Below, piece by piece: positions 33,148 through 45,835 of a stretch of DNA of 64,000 nt; positions within the stretch are counted from its first letter, which is position 1, and every line of letters starts with the position of its first letter. This DNA is from Blepharisma stoltei ATCC 30299 (taxonomy: Eukaryota > Protista > Ciliophora), in assembly GCA_965603825.1 (NCBI GenBank), contig CBFDEM010000012.1, positions 62,001 to 126,000 on the forward strand. Reading direction: 5' to 3'. A program made the position numbers and the translations under genes. The notes under the pieces were generated by a model that ran no database searches, was not told the DNA's origin, and worked only from the letters and a program-made list of their open reading frames with translations.

Positions 33148-35941
33148 CTAGTAATTAAGCTTAATAGTCCAATTCTCATCAATAAAAACTGGAGGAAGCT
33201 TTAAAATAATATGACTTCCCATATCATAAAATCCTACTCTGCTCGATCCTTTCTCAGTTTCTGCTATAGCACTCTTAGGCTTATCTTTCAGCCCTAGAAT
33301 AATTATCTTTTCAATCGAGTTATGCATACTCATCTTACTCTGGACCTGATAAACCAAAGTTTTCTCTCTAAACTCGATTCTCCCTAACAAAAATTGCCCT
33401 TTCAGGTACAAATTCGTATGAGTATCATCAGCATACAAAATTCCTTCAGCTGCCTCTTTCTCATCGAGCGCAATTACTAAGGTGTAAGGATCATTTATCA
33501 TCATTTGACTGCTTCTACGTGGCCTATCTTGTCTTGGCACAATATTTCCTCCTTTAATAAACACAGGAATCCAGTTTTCGACTGTCTGATATTTCAACTC
33601 TCCAATCTCCACAGTCGCAAAAGTATGATAATCATACCATTTTCCTTCAGGAATATACACATCGACCTTATCTTGGTTTGATTTTATAATAGGTGCTACT
33701 AATAATGCAGGGCCCAGATGGTATTGTCTATCTAATGCAGCTGCTTGATTATCTTGTGGATAAACAGAAAACATTGGCCTCATAACAGGAACTCCATTAT
33801 TTCTATATTGGAAGAATAAAGAGTACCAGTAAGGCAATAACGCGTATCTTTCTCTTATGGAGTCCCTAATCCTGGACAAATAAGGCTCACCATAAAGCCA
33901 AGGCTCTCTTCTTTTGGTTTCTATATGGGCATGAGCTCTAAAGAAAGGAGTATAAGCCCCAGTCTGATACCATCTGACTAACAGTTCTACTGACGGATCT
34001 CCAAAAAATCCTGCAACATCTGAGCCACAAAAACTGATCCCGCCTACAGTGACACTTAAACACATAGGTACCGAATATTCTAAAAATTCCCATTTAGCTG
34101 CATTATCACCTGTCCAAATAGCTCCATATCTTTGTGTCCCTGCAAAAAAGGCTCTTGTCAATATAAATGGTCTCTCCATATCCCCACTTCTTTTCATGAG
34201 TCCTTTATAAGTAGATTTGTGCATATACATGCCATAAATATTATGAAGGTCCCTGTGCTCTATACTTCCATGCAAATTGCTTTTAGGCATTGTTATTTCT
34301 GGTCCTGAAAATACTGAAGGCTCGTTCATATCGTTCCAAATAAACAAATTGTCAGCAGACGCAGGGTATTTTTCATAACTGAAATGGTTTGCCCAGTACT
34401 CTTGGACTTCTGGTCTTGTGAAATCTGGCCATGATGAGCTTCCAGGCCAGCAGTGGCCTTCGAAGTCATTGCCATTCTCGTCTTTGACGTATAAACCTAA
34501 ATTAGTAAATGCCTGAACTTTGGGAGCAGGTTATAAATGAGCAATACCAACCTTGTTTACAATCGTTATGGACACTAAAGGAATCGGTTCTTTTTATATG
34601 AGGATCTACAATGGTCACGAGTTTTCTACTGGTAGAGTTTAGTGTTTTTAGCATCTCAAGAGGGCTAGGGAATTTGGTATAATCCCAATTGAAGTATTTG
34701 CGCTCAGGGGTATGCTCAATGTCAAGCCAGAGGACGTCGAGTGGGATATTATGCTTTTCGTAGTTTTTGGAGACTTCTAAAAGGTCATCTTGACTGTTGT
34801 AGTTCCATCTACATTGGTGGTAGGCTATAGAGAAAAGAGGAGGAAGCTGCGGAGGGCCTGTCAAAAGTGTGTATTTTTGTATTATTTGAATTGGAGATTC
34901 TTCTTGGAACAAGAAAAATTCAATGACACCTGATTCTGACATCCAATGAGAAAACTTACCATTTGGAACAGTTGAAATATCAATCCATGTCTCTGATGGG
35001 TTCAGCCAAAAGACACCGCCAGATTTTGCCTTACTTGTCCTGCTAAGCATAAATGGGACAGCCCCATAAAGAGACATACGCTCATCAAGCTCAAATTCAA
35101 AGACATCCAAATTGTAAAGTCTATAAGGATGATCACTATCTTTTGTGTCCTGAAGAGCCAAAGAGTCAGCATGCTCTGGAATACCATATACATGGCTTGC
35201 ATCAGGGAATCCAAAATCCATCGCAACGCTGCTCGGTCCTTTTTTCTTATCATCAGTCCAATCTCTGAATTTCTCTTTCCAAAGCCCATCAGGATATTCT
35301 AAATTTTCACCCTTTTCAAAATACACCCCAGCGGCGTCAAAGATTTTAATTGGTGCATCAGCACTTTTGACTTGGCCACTTGGTCTTAAATCCTGGTCTA
35401 AACTTCTATACCTTTCAAAGTTCATCAAAGATTCTCCATTTGTTTTAATTGTAATGTCGCCAGCAAAATATCCATTAATTGCAAAAGGTTTTGAAAAAAG
35501 CTCGTATCGGTAGTCACCTAAGGTCCATATAACTTTGTCTTTCTCGATCCTTATGCTTGTATCAGCAACTTTGTCTAAAACTTGACTATTAAGTACATCT
35601 TCTCTTGGAGTCCTGTATCTTGGATGAAGTGGCTGGATTTCATCGATATATGTGTGAAGAACTCCTGATGTGTACATTATGATCTCGCTTTTAAGGAATG
35701 GCAAGTCTTCAAAGACGCTTCCTATTGTAAAGGAGACACCTCCTGGGATTCTAGAAATGCTGCCTTGCTTGATTTCATAATCAATGTCGAAACGAAGACC
35801 TTCAGTTTTAGTGTGGACGTGATTTTTGGCTAGATGTCTGTTTCTTGCACAAAAGTTGGAATCAGAGCATTTCTTGAATTCGTGACGCCTCACAGATAAT
35901 GTCAAGACTATGAGCGCCAGTAATAAAAAAGGTTTGATCAT
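33148..35941 (-). CDS. GANAB: ER glucosidase II alpha subunit (GH31); one intron ending at 34497
   Basis: Signal peptide, FKKCSDSNFCARNR, YNLDVFE, YHQCRWNY, WLDIEH, GHCWPG, catalytic WNDMNEPS, WTGDN, PFFRAHAH. Confidence 0.95.
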
Positions 35942-36514
35942 AATTTTTATTAATTTTTTGGTTCAACAATTAAATGTTAGCTTCTCAATTAAATATAAGG
36001 TGTCTTAATATTAAAAGATTTTGCTCATTTAATCATTATTTAATTAACTCAATATAATATTAATATCAAGCTAATTTTCTTATTATAGCAATATAACAAA
36101 ACTTTGCTAATAATTGCATCATGCTTGTGGCTAAGTAATTAAATAATTAACTGCTAAAATCAATAACAAAATATTTCGACAATAAGATGCAAAATTCAAA
36201 TTCTTACTTTAACTCAGACTTTGCATTATAGTTTCTGTTCGAAATTCATATTTCAGAATAAAGATTAACAGCCTATATGTCATTTTTATAAATACTCTTA
36301 TAGAAAGAATTATGATTAAAGCTAAGCTTTAAAATGTGCCTAATTATTGCTGGCTTAGAATTCATTATCTGTCTACATTAATTGGGATAATTTATTTAAA
36401 TTTTGTAAAAATATATAATGTATTAACTAGATTTTTTTTATTTTATAAATATCGTTTATTATGGTTTCAGCGTTTTATAAAGAAAACATCAGGAAATCTT
36501 AAAATAATCATAAA

Positions 36515-37627
36515 ATGGACGCAGTGCGAGACGAAAATTTGGAAGTCATGGTCAATCTTATCAATAAACCAGACAAATCCCTCGAGGAAATCGAAAAAAT
36601 TGATTTATTTCTTCATCATCTAAAACCTTTCCAACGACTGATTGAGCATCTTCCACCTAACATCCGACAACAAGTAATTGGCTGCTTGCAAGCTAAAGAA
36701 TACCATGAAGGAGAAAGGCTATTTACTAAAGGAGACCCTAGTAACTGTCTTTATGTCGTCATGCGTGGGACTTTGCAAATGTACAACCATGCCACAAAAG
36801 AAAAAATTGACATGATTCCAGAAAATGTCCTAGGAAAAGGAAAAGTTTTAGGCGAAAGAGGCATATTAAGAAATGGTCCACGCAGTTTAACAGCCGTTGC
36901 AAGAGAGCGCTCTTATGTCCTTATATTGGATGCAAAATACTTTAAACTTTATTTGAGCAATGAAATGTACATAACACTCGAGACAAAGAAAAAAATTGTC
37001 GATAAATTCATTCCTGGGCTTTCACAATATCCAGGAACACAAAAGGAAAGGCTGGCTTATATGCTTGAAATAGAAGACTTTGATAGAGGAGCGATTTTAG
37101 CTAAACAAGGAGTTTCGACTGATAAAATGTTAGTTATATTGGAAGGCGAATGCATTATGACATATAAAGAAGGACTTATTAAAAGAATTGTGGCAAGGCT
37201 AGAAAAAGGGGCGATTATTGGAGAAGAAACGGCGCTGTTTGATAGACCTTCAAGCTTTACTGTGACTGTAACTTCAAACTCACTAATGGCAGGGAAGATA
37301 AAAAATGCAGACCTTCAGACTCTTTATCCAAATAAAGTTATCTCGATGATGAGAAATTATTATTCGGAAAGAAATTTGACAAGGAAAAAATTAGTTGACT
37401 TCACACATCCATGTCTTACCTCGTATGAACCAGTTTTAAGTCCTAGAAACTTCCCTTTAGCAAGTCCTAAAGCCAAAGAGCATATGACAATTATCATGCA
37501 AAGAAACCCTAGCTTTTATAAGGAAAGCCTAAGTGAAAAACTGATTAATTTTTCATATAAAGGAAGGTTGGAAAAACTTAGAGACACAGCAAATAAAAGA
37601 ATAAACAAATATTTGTCAGATGATTAA
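36515..37627 (+). CDS. Protein with two cyclic-nucleotide-binding domains
   Basis: LFTKGD...LGERGIL..PRSLT and LAKQG...IGEETALF. Confidence 0.85.
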   Translation: MDAVRDENLEVMVNLINKPDKSLEEIEKIDLFLHHLKPFQRLIEHLPPNIRQQVIGCLQAKEYHEGERLFTKGDPSNCLYVVMRGTLQMYNHATKEKIDMIPENVLGKGKVLGERGILRNGPRSLTAVARERSYVLILDAKYFKLYLSNEMYITLETKKKIVDKFIPGLSQYPGTQKERLAYMLEIEDFDRGAILAKQGVSTDKMLVILEGECIMTYKEGLIKRIVARLEKGAIIGEETALFDRPSSFTVTVTSNSLMAGKIKNADLQTLYPNKVISMMRNYYSERNLTRKKLVDFTHPCLTSYEPVLSPRNFPLASPKAKEHMTIIMQRNPSFYKESLSEKLINFSYKGRLEKLRDTANKRINKYLSDD

Positions 37628-37742
37628 GGCTTAGATTATGCTCGTATGGAAATTGTTAAATTTCTAGGAAATTTAATAGATTTTGCATTGTAAGAAGTTT
37701 TTAATTCCTTTTATAGATATGAACTTTCTAAGATCACAAGCT

Positions 37743-37782
37743 GACTGTTTGGCCGAGTGGTCTAAGGCGCCAGCTTCAGGCG

Positions 37783-37817
<35 letters not shown>

Positions 37818-37822
37818 AGTCA
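37743..37822 (+). tRNA. tRNA-Leu(CAG)
   Basis: Type II cloverleaf, anticodon arm CCAGC-TTCAGGC-GCTGG, long variable arm, A73, T6 terminator. Confidence 0.97.
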
Positions 37823-38232
37823 TTTTTTATATTTTAAGTAGTCTAATTCTATTATAATAAAAAATAAGTGAAATTAAAGTAGTATAATAAATTTCAAAAT
37901 TTTAGCTGCTTATATTTCTTAATTCATTTACTCAGCATATCAAGCTAGTGCTTTTCTTTTCCTTCAGTAAAATTTTCTATTTTGAAAATAACACAAAGAG
38001 TTTGCTTAGAGTTATTTTAATAGCTAATAAATAAAACTCATTTATTTAAAAATAGTTATAAGACCTTAGATTCTAAGGCTGCTTTATTGAAAGAGGGAAG
38101 CATATTCATCTCTAAATATACCAAATAAAAAATGTGAAAATCATATAAATCAAAATTAAAAATATATTTAGAAGTATCAATATCATATTAAAATTTTCTT
38201 AAAAACGGACAGGCTTGTTTCATAATTTATAA

Positions 38233-38745
38233 ATGGCAGGCAGACAACCAGCAAAAGGATCCAATGCTTTTAACCCAAAGCAATATGAACGCCCAGGACT
38301 CACTGAAGACGAAATTGAAGAAATCAAAGAAGCATTCGACCTCTTTGATACTGATGGGTCAGGGACAATTGATCCTAGAGAATTAACTTCAGCAATGCAA
38401 TCACTTGGCTTTGAAGCCAAAAATCAAACCATTTATCAGATGGTCAGTGATTTAGATAAAGACGGCTCTGGAGCGATTGACTTTGACGAGTTCCTTGACA
38501 TGATGACTGCCAGAATGAGTGATAAAGACACTAGAGAGGATATTCAAAAGGTCTTCAGGCTATTTGATGACGATAAGACAGGAACAATCAGCATCAAGAA
38601 CCTCAGAAGAGTCGCAAAAGAGCTAGGAGAAACCATGACAGATGAAGAACTCTTAGAAATGATTGAAAGAGCTGATAGTGATGGAGATGGGCAAGTTTCA
38701 TTCGAAGACTTTTATAACATCATGACTAAAAAAGCCTTCCCTTAA
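38233..38745 (+). CDS. Centrin (EF-hand)
   Basis: [37 protein letters not shown]. Confidence 0.96.
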   Translation: MAGRQPAKGSNAFNPKQYERPGLTEDEIEEIKEAFDLFDTDGSGTIDPRELTSAMQSLGFEAKNQTIYQMVSDLDKDGSGAIDFDEFLDMMTARMSDKDTREDIQKVFRLFDDDKTGTISIKNLRRVAKELGETMTDEELLEMIERADSDGDGQVSFEDFYNIMTKKAFP

Positions 38746-39139
38746 TTTAACTAACCACTAAACAATAAACATTAACAAAAATCAAAAGGCTTCTTAAGAA
38801 AGAATTTGGACAAGTATATAAAAAACCCTATGGAAAAAAATAAGGATGGCTTTTATATATAAAATTGAGAATGATTAGCAATGTAAAAATTTATTTAAAA
38901 AAGCACTTAAAATACCGAAAAAGTTCTGAAACATTAATTGTTAAGCTTTACTAAATTTGAGAATTTGATTTATGTCACCATATATATAAAATTAATTATG
39001 AGCCCATTTCTCTATTCATAGGAAACTCATACAAATTCCAAGACTATTAAAACTCAAAATTAATGCTTTTTTATGATCACTGTTAGACATACAGCTGCCT
39101 ATTGTTGATTGGTAAAGTGTTTATGTAAAATTCATAAGT

Positions 39140-39343
39140 TTATTTTAATCTTCTGGCTTCTCTTTCGCTCTCCAAAAGTGCAAGCATATCTCCTTCTTTG
39201 ACAGGCCCTTTCACATTTCTAACAAGGGTTCTTCCACTTTCATCGCCATGAAGGACAACACGGACTTGAGTGATTCCACCTCTTGACCCAGTTCTTCCTA
39301 ATAATTTTTGGACTGTCGCAAGTATATGGCTTTGCTCTTCCAT
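39140..39343 (-). CDS. RPS28: 40S ribosomal protein S28 (eS28)
   Basis: [15 protein letters not shown]...RNVKGPV...[11 protein letters not shown]; start MEEQSH at 39343. Confidence 0.97.
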   Translation of the reverse strand: MEEQSHILATVQKLLGRTGSRGGITQVRVVLHGDESGRTLVRNVKGPVKEGDMLALLESEREARRLK

Positions 39344-39581
39344 AATTATAATTCTAAAAGAGAACTTATAATCAATAGAAATGGTGGATGACGGCGGACT
39401 CAGCCTGCCAGTACTCATAGAATGGGTCGTATTAAACTCAATTTTGATTATTATATCAGTTGTTTTAATTATAAAACATTACCGAGATAAAAGAAAGAAA
39501 AGATTAACAGGGCAAGACAGTCTGCTTGGGAAAAGTAATGTAATTTCTTAATGAACCATAAGTGTCGCTCATGATAAATTA

Positions 39582-39878
39582 TTATTTTTGCTTTAGATTT
39601 TTGGTGATTTTTTCTTCTTCAGCTGTTTTTATCACCCACTCTCCAAAAGTTTTATCAAGTTCTCCAATTCTAACAATTAACTGATCTCTATATTTTTTAA
39701 CAGTTGGAAAATGCTTTATTGCTTGTAAAAGTACTTGGCATAATGAATCTTCATCAAGATAGCTTAAAGCTTCTTCTAGGGCAGCTTTTCTTAAAAGCTG
39801 CTCTTCAGTTTCTTGGAACACTCCATTTTCAGTATCATGATGATTTGATATGTTTTCATGAGCTACATAGCCTGACAT
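39582..39878 (-). CDS. Hypothetical protein
   Basis: 98-aa ORF with good start context. Confidence 0.6.
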   Translation of the reverse strand: MSGYVAHENISNHHDTENGVFQETEEQLLRKAALEEALSYLDEDSLCQVLLQAIKHFPTVKKYRDQLIVRIGELDKTFGEWVIKTAEEEKITKNLKQK

Positions 39879-39957
39879 TATTTTTTATTATTTAATTATT
39901 TTAATGATTAGTTGAAAATTAGCCTAAAATGTATTAAAAAGCAATTTTTAACTATAA

Positions 39958-40764
39958 ATGTCAAGGAGAATTTCATACTCAGCATCTTCATCCCCTTCTA
40001 AAGAAATTGTAAGACCTTTTACAAGCATGAATTTTTCACCTCTACCAAGCTTAGATTCTCACTTTGAAGCCATAGACGACATATATCAACAAGAATTGCA
40101 AACATTTCATAATGAAAATGGTCTAAAAGAACGAAAAAGGGAGGTATATTCATCGATGTCCTATCCTCATTCAGCTAAAAGAACTCCTCGATCCCCAACC
40201 GAGTTTTCTCCCAGCAGTGATTTTCCACTAAAGCATCTACGTAGAAAAAGCAATCCAGATGAATATACAAAAACCGCAATAAATACTCCTATAAGACCTT
40301 ATTCTCAGCAAAGTGATTATTGCTCTATGGCAAAAGAATGCTTAATAAAGCTTCGAGGGAAACATAAATCATTTGACAACAATAACAGGCATAAAATTTC
40401 GCCCAGAAAACAAAAATTAATACAGGCAAGCATCGATTATAATCGAAATTTAAAATGCAGCATGGCTACGAATTTAATGGAAGCCTGCAAAAATTTCCCA
40501 AATTCTGAAGAAATTAACACGAAAATTGATAAAGAAAAGAAATATATGAATAGTTGAAGCAAATTTATTGACTCAACGTCTGAAATCTTGCAAAATATTG
40601 ACTACTGTGATAATGTGGTTTTAAAGCATTTGTTTTATTTTAATAAAAATGCAATACAAGATATGTATCAAGATAGCCAAATTATAAAGCAGGGAACTAA
40701 ACATAAGCCGTTTAGGCTAAAGTCAAAAGCAAATAGGAAGCACAATCTTGCAACAGCTTTATAA
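39958..40764 (+). CDS. Hypothetical protein (~268 aa)
   Basis: ORF reads through TGA 40555 to TAA 40762-40764. Confidence 0.7.
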
Positions 40765-40864
40765 TTTTGAATTCGTAATTTTTCAGGGAAATTTTATTTA
40801 TATAATTTCCATTTAATTTGATTAAAATTTGACTTTCATATTTTTTAAGATAATAAAGGTTAAG

Positions 40865-42943
40865 CTAAGTCTTTTTAACTTGCTTGACTTTTTGAAGTAG
40901 AGGTAACCAATGAGGCTTATCGTAAACTCCATCAGCCTTTTCAACTTGTTCTATTAATTTTGCATAAACTTGCCCATCAGCTGCTCCTAAAACTGAACCG
41001 TGAATAGAATCTGGAGGCGCAATTGCGTCAATTACTTTAATGCATACTTCGGCTAGCTCTTCACACAATCTAACCATGCTGTCTCTTACAACCTTGGCTT
41101 GGTGAGCATTCATTGCACTATCTTGGAAAGAAGCTAAGTTTCTTTCAATTATTCCTACACTAAAGAGAATAAAAAGTTTTCTTATAACTTTCCCTGTCTT
41201 TTCGCATTTTTCCTCCAATTCTCTTACAAATTTCGCATACTCTCTCATCATAATGTATTCTCCGTAGGCTTTCGCTAACTCTTGTATGTAATAAACTTGT
41301 GATTTATTCCAAGCATCAAACATATCTTTTGAGTTCCCTGTGACTTCTTGGAGTCTCATCATGCTCTGATGGAGAAGATAATTTAATCTAAACTCTATTA
41401 TCTCAAAAAGAATACTTTCGTTCTCAAGTTGCTCAGAATTTTCAAATCTAGCTTTGAACTGCATCACTTTTTCATGGTCAACTTGTATACACTTTAGTGT
41501 TGGAGCATCAATTATATGACCTTTAAAGGTCCTTTGAATTTGCTTAAGTATAAATTTTCCTGTTTGCTGAATCAATACCCCATTATCACCTTCCCATGTA
41601 ACTCCTACACTCGCATTCATCATAATTCTCCCTAAATTTGCATATGCAGAGTAGCTTAGCCCTCCAGTTGCTTCTCTACATTGTATCACGCATGAATTAG
41701 CATACCAAGAAGCTACCCCTTTGCATGCTGAAAGAATTGCATGAAATTCTGAAACCTCAAGTCCTTCAGGGTTTTCATCAATTTTTTTTTGAATAATTGG
41801 CATATTTTCATTGAACCATAGAACAATTGATCTGATTGCAAAGATGCTTGCAAGGTGGGGAATTAATTTATATTGCTGTAAAGGGTAATCTAGAACAGAA
41901 TTTTCCGTTTCAGTTGAGCTGAATTGCTTTCTTACGGCTGAAAATCTTAAAGCAGCAGTTAAAGCACTTTTCATATGCTGTTCAGCAGCACAGACTACAG
42001 CGACTCTTCCTCCAATCAGCCCAACCATCATGATTCCAAGCCTTTTTTCCTTATTTTTTATGCTACTTTTAAATTTGCCATCTTCAGTAATAGAACTAAA
42101 TTTATCTAGTAAAGAGTCATAAGGAACTCTATAATTTCTAAATAAAATAAATCCGTTATCAATCCCATCGAGCCCAATTTTTTTCCCACAATCACCTATA
42201 ATGACTCGAGGAGGACAATCATGGGTTTGATTATCACGAATTGGTATAACAAAAGCATTGATACCTTTATCAACTCCTTCAACGATTAACCTTGCGAATA
42301 TAACTGACATATTCGAGGTTTTTCCTAATCCACCGATCCACCATTTTGCTGATGTGGCAGTTGGGGAATTTATTACAAATTCTCTTTTGATATGGTCATA
42401 CGTAGCAGTCGTTTCTAATTTTGCTACATTTGAACCATGGCCAAGCTCTGTCATCCCAAAGCAGCCATAATCCAATAAATGATAAGCTCTTTTAATATGT
42501 TCTATATGCTTAGAGGTCCCTAAGTTTTCGATCGCATTTATATATAAAACTAAATGGATAAGTAGTCTTGTGGCTAGTCCAATGTCATAGTCACAAAGCG
42601 TATAAAGAAGTTCATACTTCTTCAGAAATTCTTCTTTGCATGATTCATAGGATAGGTTAGCTTTAAAATAAATGCTTGCAATTTGCTGGATAATTCGTTC
42701 TCTCTTTCTTTCTCGAGAAAATTCAGCCTCGTCGTTATGGTTAAAGACTGGATCATTTGCCATATGGTTTCGATAGGCCATAATTCGTTCATATGAATCA
42801 CGAAAGAAATGACGCAGCAAAATTTCTTTATTTACGTCCTCTCCTTTTTTGCGATAATTATCTAAGGATTCGTCATAAGGAATTGGTGGAAATTGCGACG
42901 ATAAGTGATTATTTATGAGGTTCAGTCTTTTCATTCTAGACAT
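40865..42943 (-). CDS. Peroxisomal acyl-CoA oxidase, copy 1
   Basis: GCFGMTELGHGSN, KWWIGG, GLDGIDNG, CREATGG, TWEGDN; N-terminal RLx5HL. Confidence 0.95.
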   Translation of the reverse strand: MSRMKRLNLINNHLSSQFPPIPYDESLDNYRKKGEDVNKEILLRHFFRDSYERIMAYRNHMANDPVFNHNDEAEFSRERKRERIIQQIASIYFKANLSYESCKEEFLKKYELLYTLCDYDIGLATRLLIHLVLYINAIENLGTSKHIEHIKRAYHLLDYGCFGMTELGHGSNVAKLETTATYDHIKREFVINSPTATSAKWWIGGLGKTSNMSVIFARLIVEGVDKGINAFVIPIRDNQTHDCPPRVIIGDCGKKIGLDGIDNGFILFRNYRVPYDSLLDKFSSITEDGKFKSSIKNKEKRLGIMMVGLIGGRVAVVCAAEQHMKSALTAALRFSAVRKQFSSTETENSVLDYPLQQYKLIPHLASIFAIRSIVLWFNENMPIIQKKIDENPEGLEVSEFHAILSACKGVASWYANSCVIQCREATGGLSYSAYANLGRIMMNASVGVTWEGDNGVLIQQTGKFILKQIQRTFKGHIIDAPTLKCIQVDHEKVMQFKARFENSEQLENESILFEIIEFRLNYLLHQSMMRLQEVTGNSKDMFDAWNKSQVYYIQELAKAYGEYIMMREYAKFVRELEEKCEKTGKVIRKLFILFSVGIIERNLASFQDSAMNAHQAKVVRDSMVRLCEELAEVCIKVIDAIAPPDSIHGSVLGAADGQVYAKLIEQVEKADGVYDKPHWLPLLQKVKQVKKT

Positions 42944-43362
42944 TTTTTTATAAGCGTTTTTTGGTGTGAAATGGAATAAGATAAAATGATGTCATTTATA
43001 TTAAGTGACTCATCTTATTCCATTTCAATAATAAAACTTAAAATCGGAAAGGAAATTTTTTGAAATAAAATAAAAATAAATTCAGTTGTTTTAAAATTGG
43101 CTTGCTCAATTTGAATTTTTTTCTACTTTCTATTAGAAAGAAATATAAAATATGAATATTATATATTTTAAAGGGATTGGCTTTTTATTTTCTTTCTAAA
43201 TTTAAAAGCTATATACTAATAAAAAATCTTGGAGGAAGTATATAATCTAATATTTAATAAATTTAATAGTTTTTTGGGATTATAAAAAATTAAAGACTGC
43301 AAGCTTGAAAACAATTAAATTTATATATTTATAAAATTTGTTTGAACGAGGCTAAAATTAAT

Positions 43363-45441
43363 TTAAGTTTTTTTAATTTGCTTAATTTTTTGAAGCAGTG
43401 GAAGCCAATGAGGTTTATCATAAACTTCTTCAGCTTTTTCAACCTGTTCAATTAACTTTGCATAAATTTGCCCGTTCGCAACTCCTAGCACTGATCCATG
43501 AATAGAATCTGGCGGAGCAATTGCATCGATCACTTTAATGCTCACTTCAGCCAACTCTCCACACAATCTCACCACACTTTCTCTTACTACTTTAGCTTGG
43601 TGAGCATTTATTGCACTATCTTGAAACGAAGCAGAGTATTTTTGAATAAGTCCAACACTAAAAAGCACAAAAAACTTCCTCAATACTTTTCCAGTTTTTT
43701 CACATTTTTCTTCTAATTCTTTTACAAATTTCGCGAATTCTCTCATCATTATGTATTCTCCATAAGTTTTCGCTAGCTCTTGTAAATAGAAAACCTGCGA
43801 TTTATTCCAAGCTTCAAACATATCTTTGGAATTTCCAGTAGCTTCTTGAAGTTTCATTAAACTTTGATAAAGGATATAGTTCAGCCTATACTCTATGAGT
43901 TCAAATAAACTATTTTCATTTTCAAGCTGTTCTGAATTTTCAAATTTTGCTTTAAACTGCATCAATTTCTCATGGTCAACTTTTATGCATTTTAGAGATG
44001 GAGCATCTATAGCATGACCCTTGAAATTTCTTTGGACTTGTTTAAATATAAATTTTGCTGTTTGTTGGATTAAAACGCCACTATCTCCTTCCCAAGTCGA
44101 GCCTATATTATCATTCATAATAATTCTGCCTAGAGTTGCATAATAAGAATATCCCAATCCTCCACATGCTTCTCTGCATTGCTGCAGACAGGAGCTTGAA
44201 TACCAAGAAGCAACCCCTTTGCATGCTGAAAGAATTGCATGATATTCTGAGACTTCTATGGCTTCTGGGTTTTCATTAATTTTCTGCTGAACTATTGGTA
44301 AATGTTTATTGCACCATAGAAGGATTGAACGAATAGCAAAAAGACTTGCGAGATGAGGAATTAATTTATAGCGCTGCAAGGGGTAATCTAATATAGGATT
44401 TTCTATTTCATCTGAACTGAATTGTTTCCGAACAGCTGAAAATCTTAAAGCGGCAGTTAATCCTATTTTCATGTGCTGCTCTGCGGCAGAAACAACAGCG
44501 ACTCTTCCTCCGATAAGTCCAACCATCATCGTCCCGAGCCTTTTTTCCTTAACACTAATGATGCTTTTGAATTTTCCATCATTAGTAATAGAGCTGAACT
44601 TATCTAACAAAGAATCATATGGAACTCTATAATTTTTGAATAGCATGAACCCATTATCAATTCCATCTAATCCTATCTTTTTTCCACAGTCTCCTATTAT
44701 AACTCCAGGAAGAGAGTCATGGGTTTGATTATCACGAATTGGTATTATAAAAGCATTGATTCCTTTATCTACACCTTCAACGATTAGCCTTGCAAAAAGA
44801 ACTGACTTATTTGAAGTTTTTCCTAATCCGCCAATCCATCATTTTGCTGAAGTAGCAGTCGGCGAATTTATAATAAACTCTCTTGTGGAATGATCATATG
44901 TAGCAGTTGTTTCAAGTTTTGCCACATTTGAACCGTGTCCAAGCTCTGTCATGCCAAAACATCCATAATCTAATAGACTATAAGCTCTTTTAATGTGCTC
45001 CAAATGCTTAGAAGTGCCTAAAGTTTCTATCGCATCTATATATAAAACCAAATGAATAGAAATTCTTGTTGCAACAGCTATATCATAGTCGCATAGAGCG
45101 TATAAAAGTTCATATTTTCTTAATGGGCCTGCTTTACAATACTCGTAAGATATTATCGCTTTAAAATAAATACTTGCAATTTGCTGGACAACTCTTTCTC
45201 GTTTTTTACTGCGAGAAAACTCAGCCTCATCATGGTGATTGAAAATTGGATCATTTTTCATATGATTTCGGAAAGTTATAATTCGTTCATAGGAGTCACC
45301 AAAAATATGACGTAATAAAACTTCTTTATTTATTTCTTCCCCTCTTTTGCGATAATTATCTAAGGATTCATCATAAGGGATTGGTGGAAACTGAGAAGAT
45401 AGATGATTATTTATGAGGCTGAGTCTTTTTATTCCAAGCAT
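43363..45441 (-). CDS. Peroxisomal acyl-CoA oxidase, copy 2
   Basis: Same 692-aa length as copy 1 once TGA 44839 is read as the first W of KWWIGG. Confidence 0.93.
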
Positions 45442-45835
45442 TTTTATAAGCGGCTTTAAAATGAAATGTAAAATGATAAAAATAAGGCCATATAAAATAT
45501 ATGACGTATCTTTGATAATTTTTAAAAATCAATGAAAGTCTAATATTAAACGCATTGATAAATTTATTTGACTCTATTAAATTTCAAACAATGCTCTAGG
45601 CTTTTTCAAATAATTAAATAGATTTAAGATTTTATATTGATTCTTTTGCAGATGATAATGAAATTCGAGATTTTTATGGAAAAATTACTTTTATCTGTGC
45701 ATGGCTATTCATTTTAAAATATTAAGAAGAGAACTATATTAAGTTTATAGGAATAAAAAGAAATATCTTTAAGATTTCAAATTTTAAATATTAATTATAA
45801 CGAATTAATTTAAAGATATTCTCTTTAGAAGTAAT

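Noticed and set aside
39344-39418. N-terminal extension of RPS28 from ATG 39418
   Set aside because: eS28 homology and typical size fit the start at 39343.
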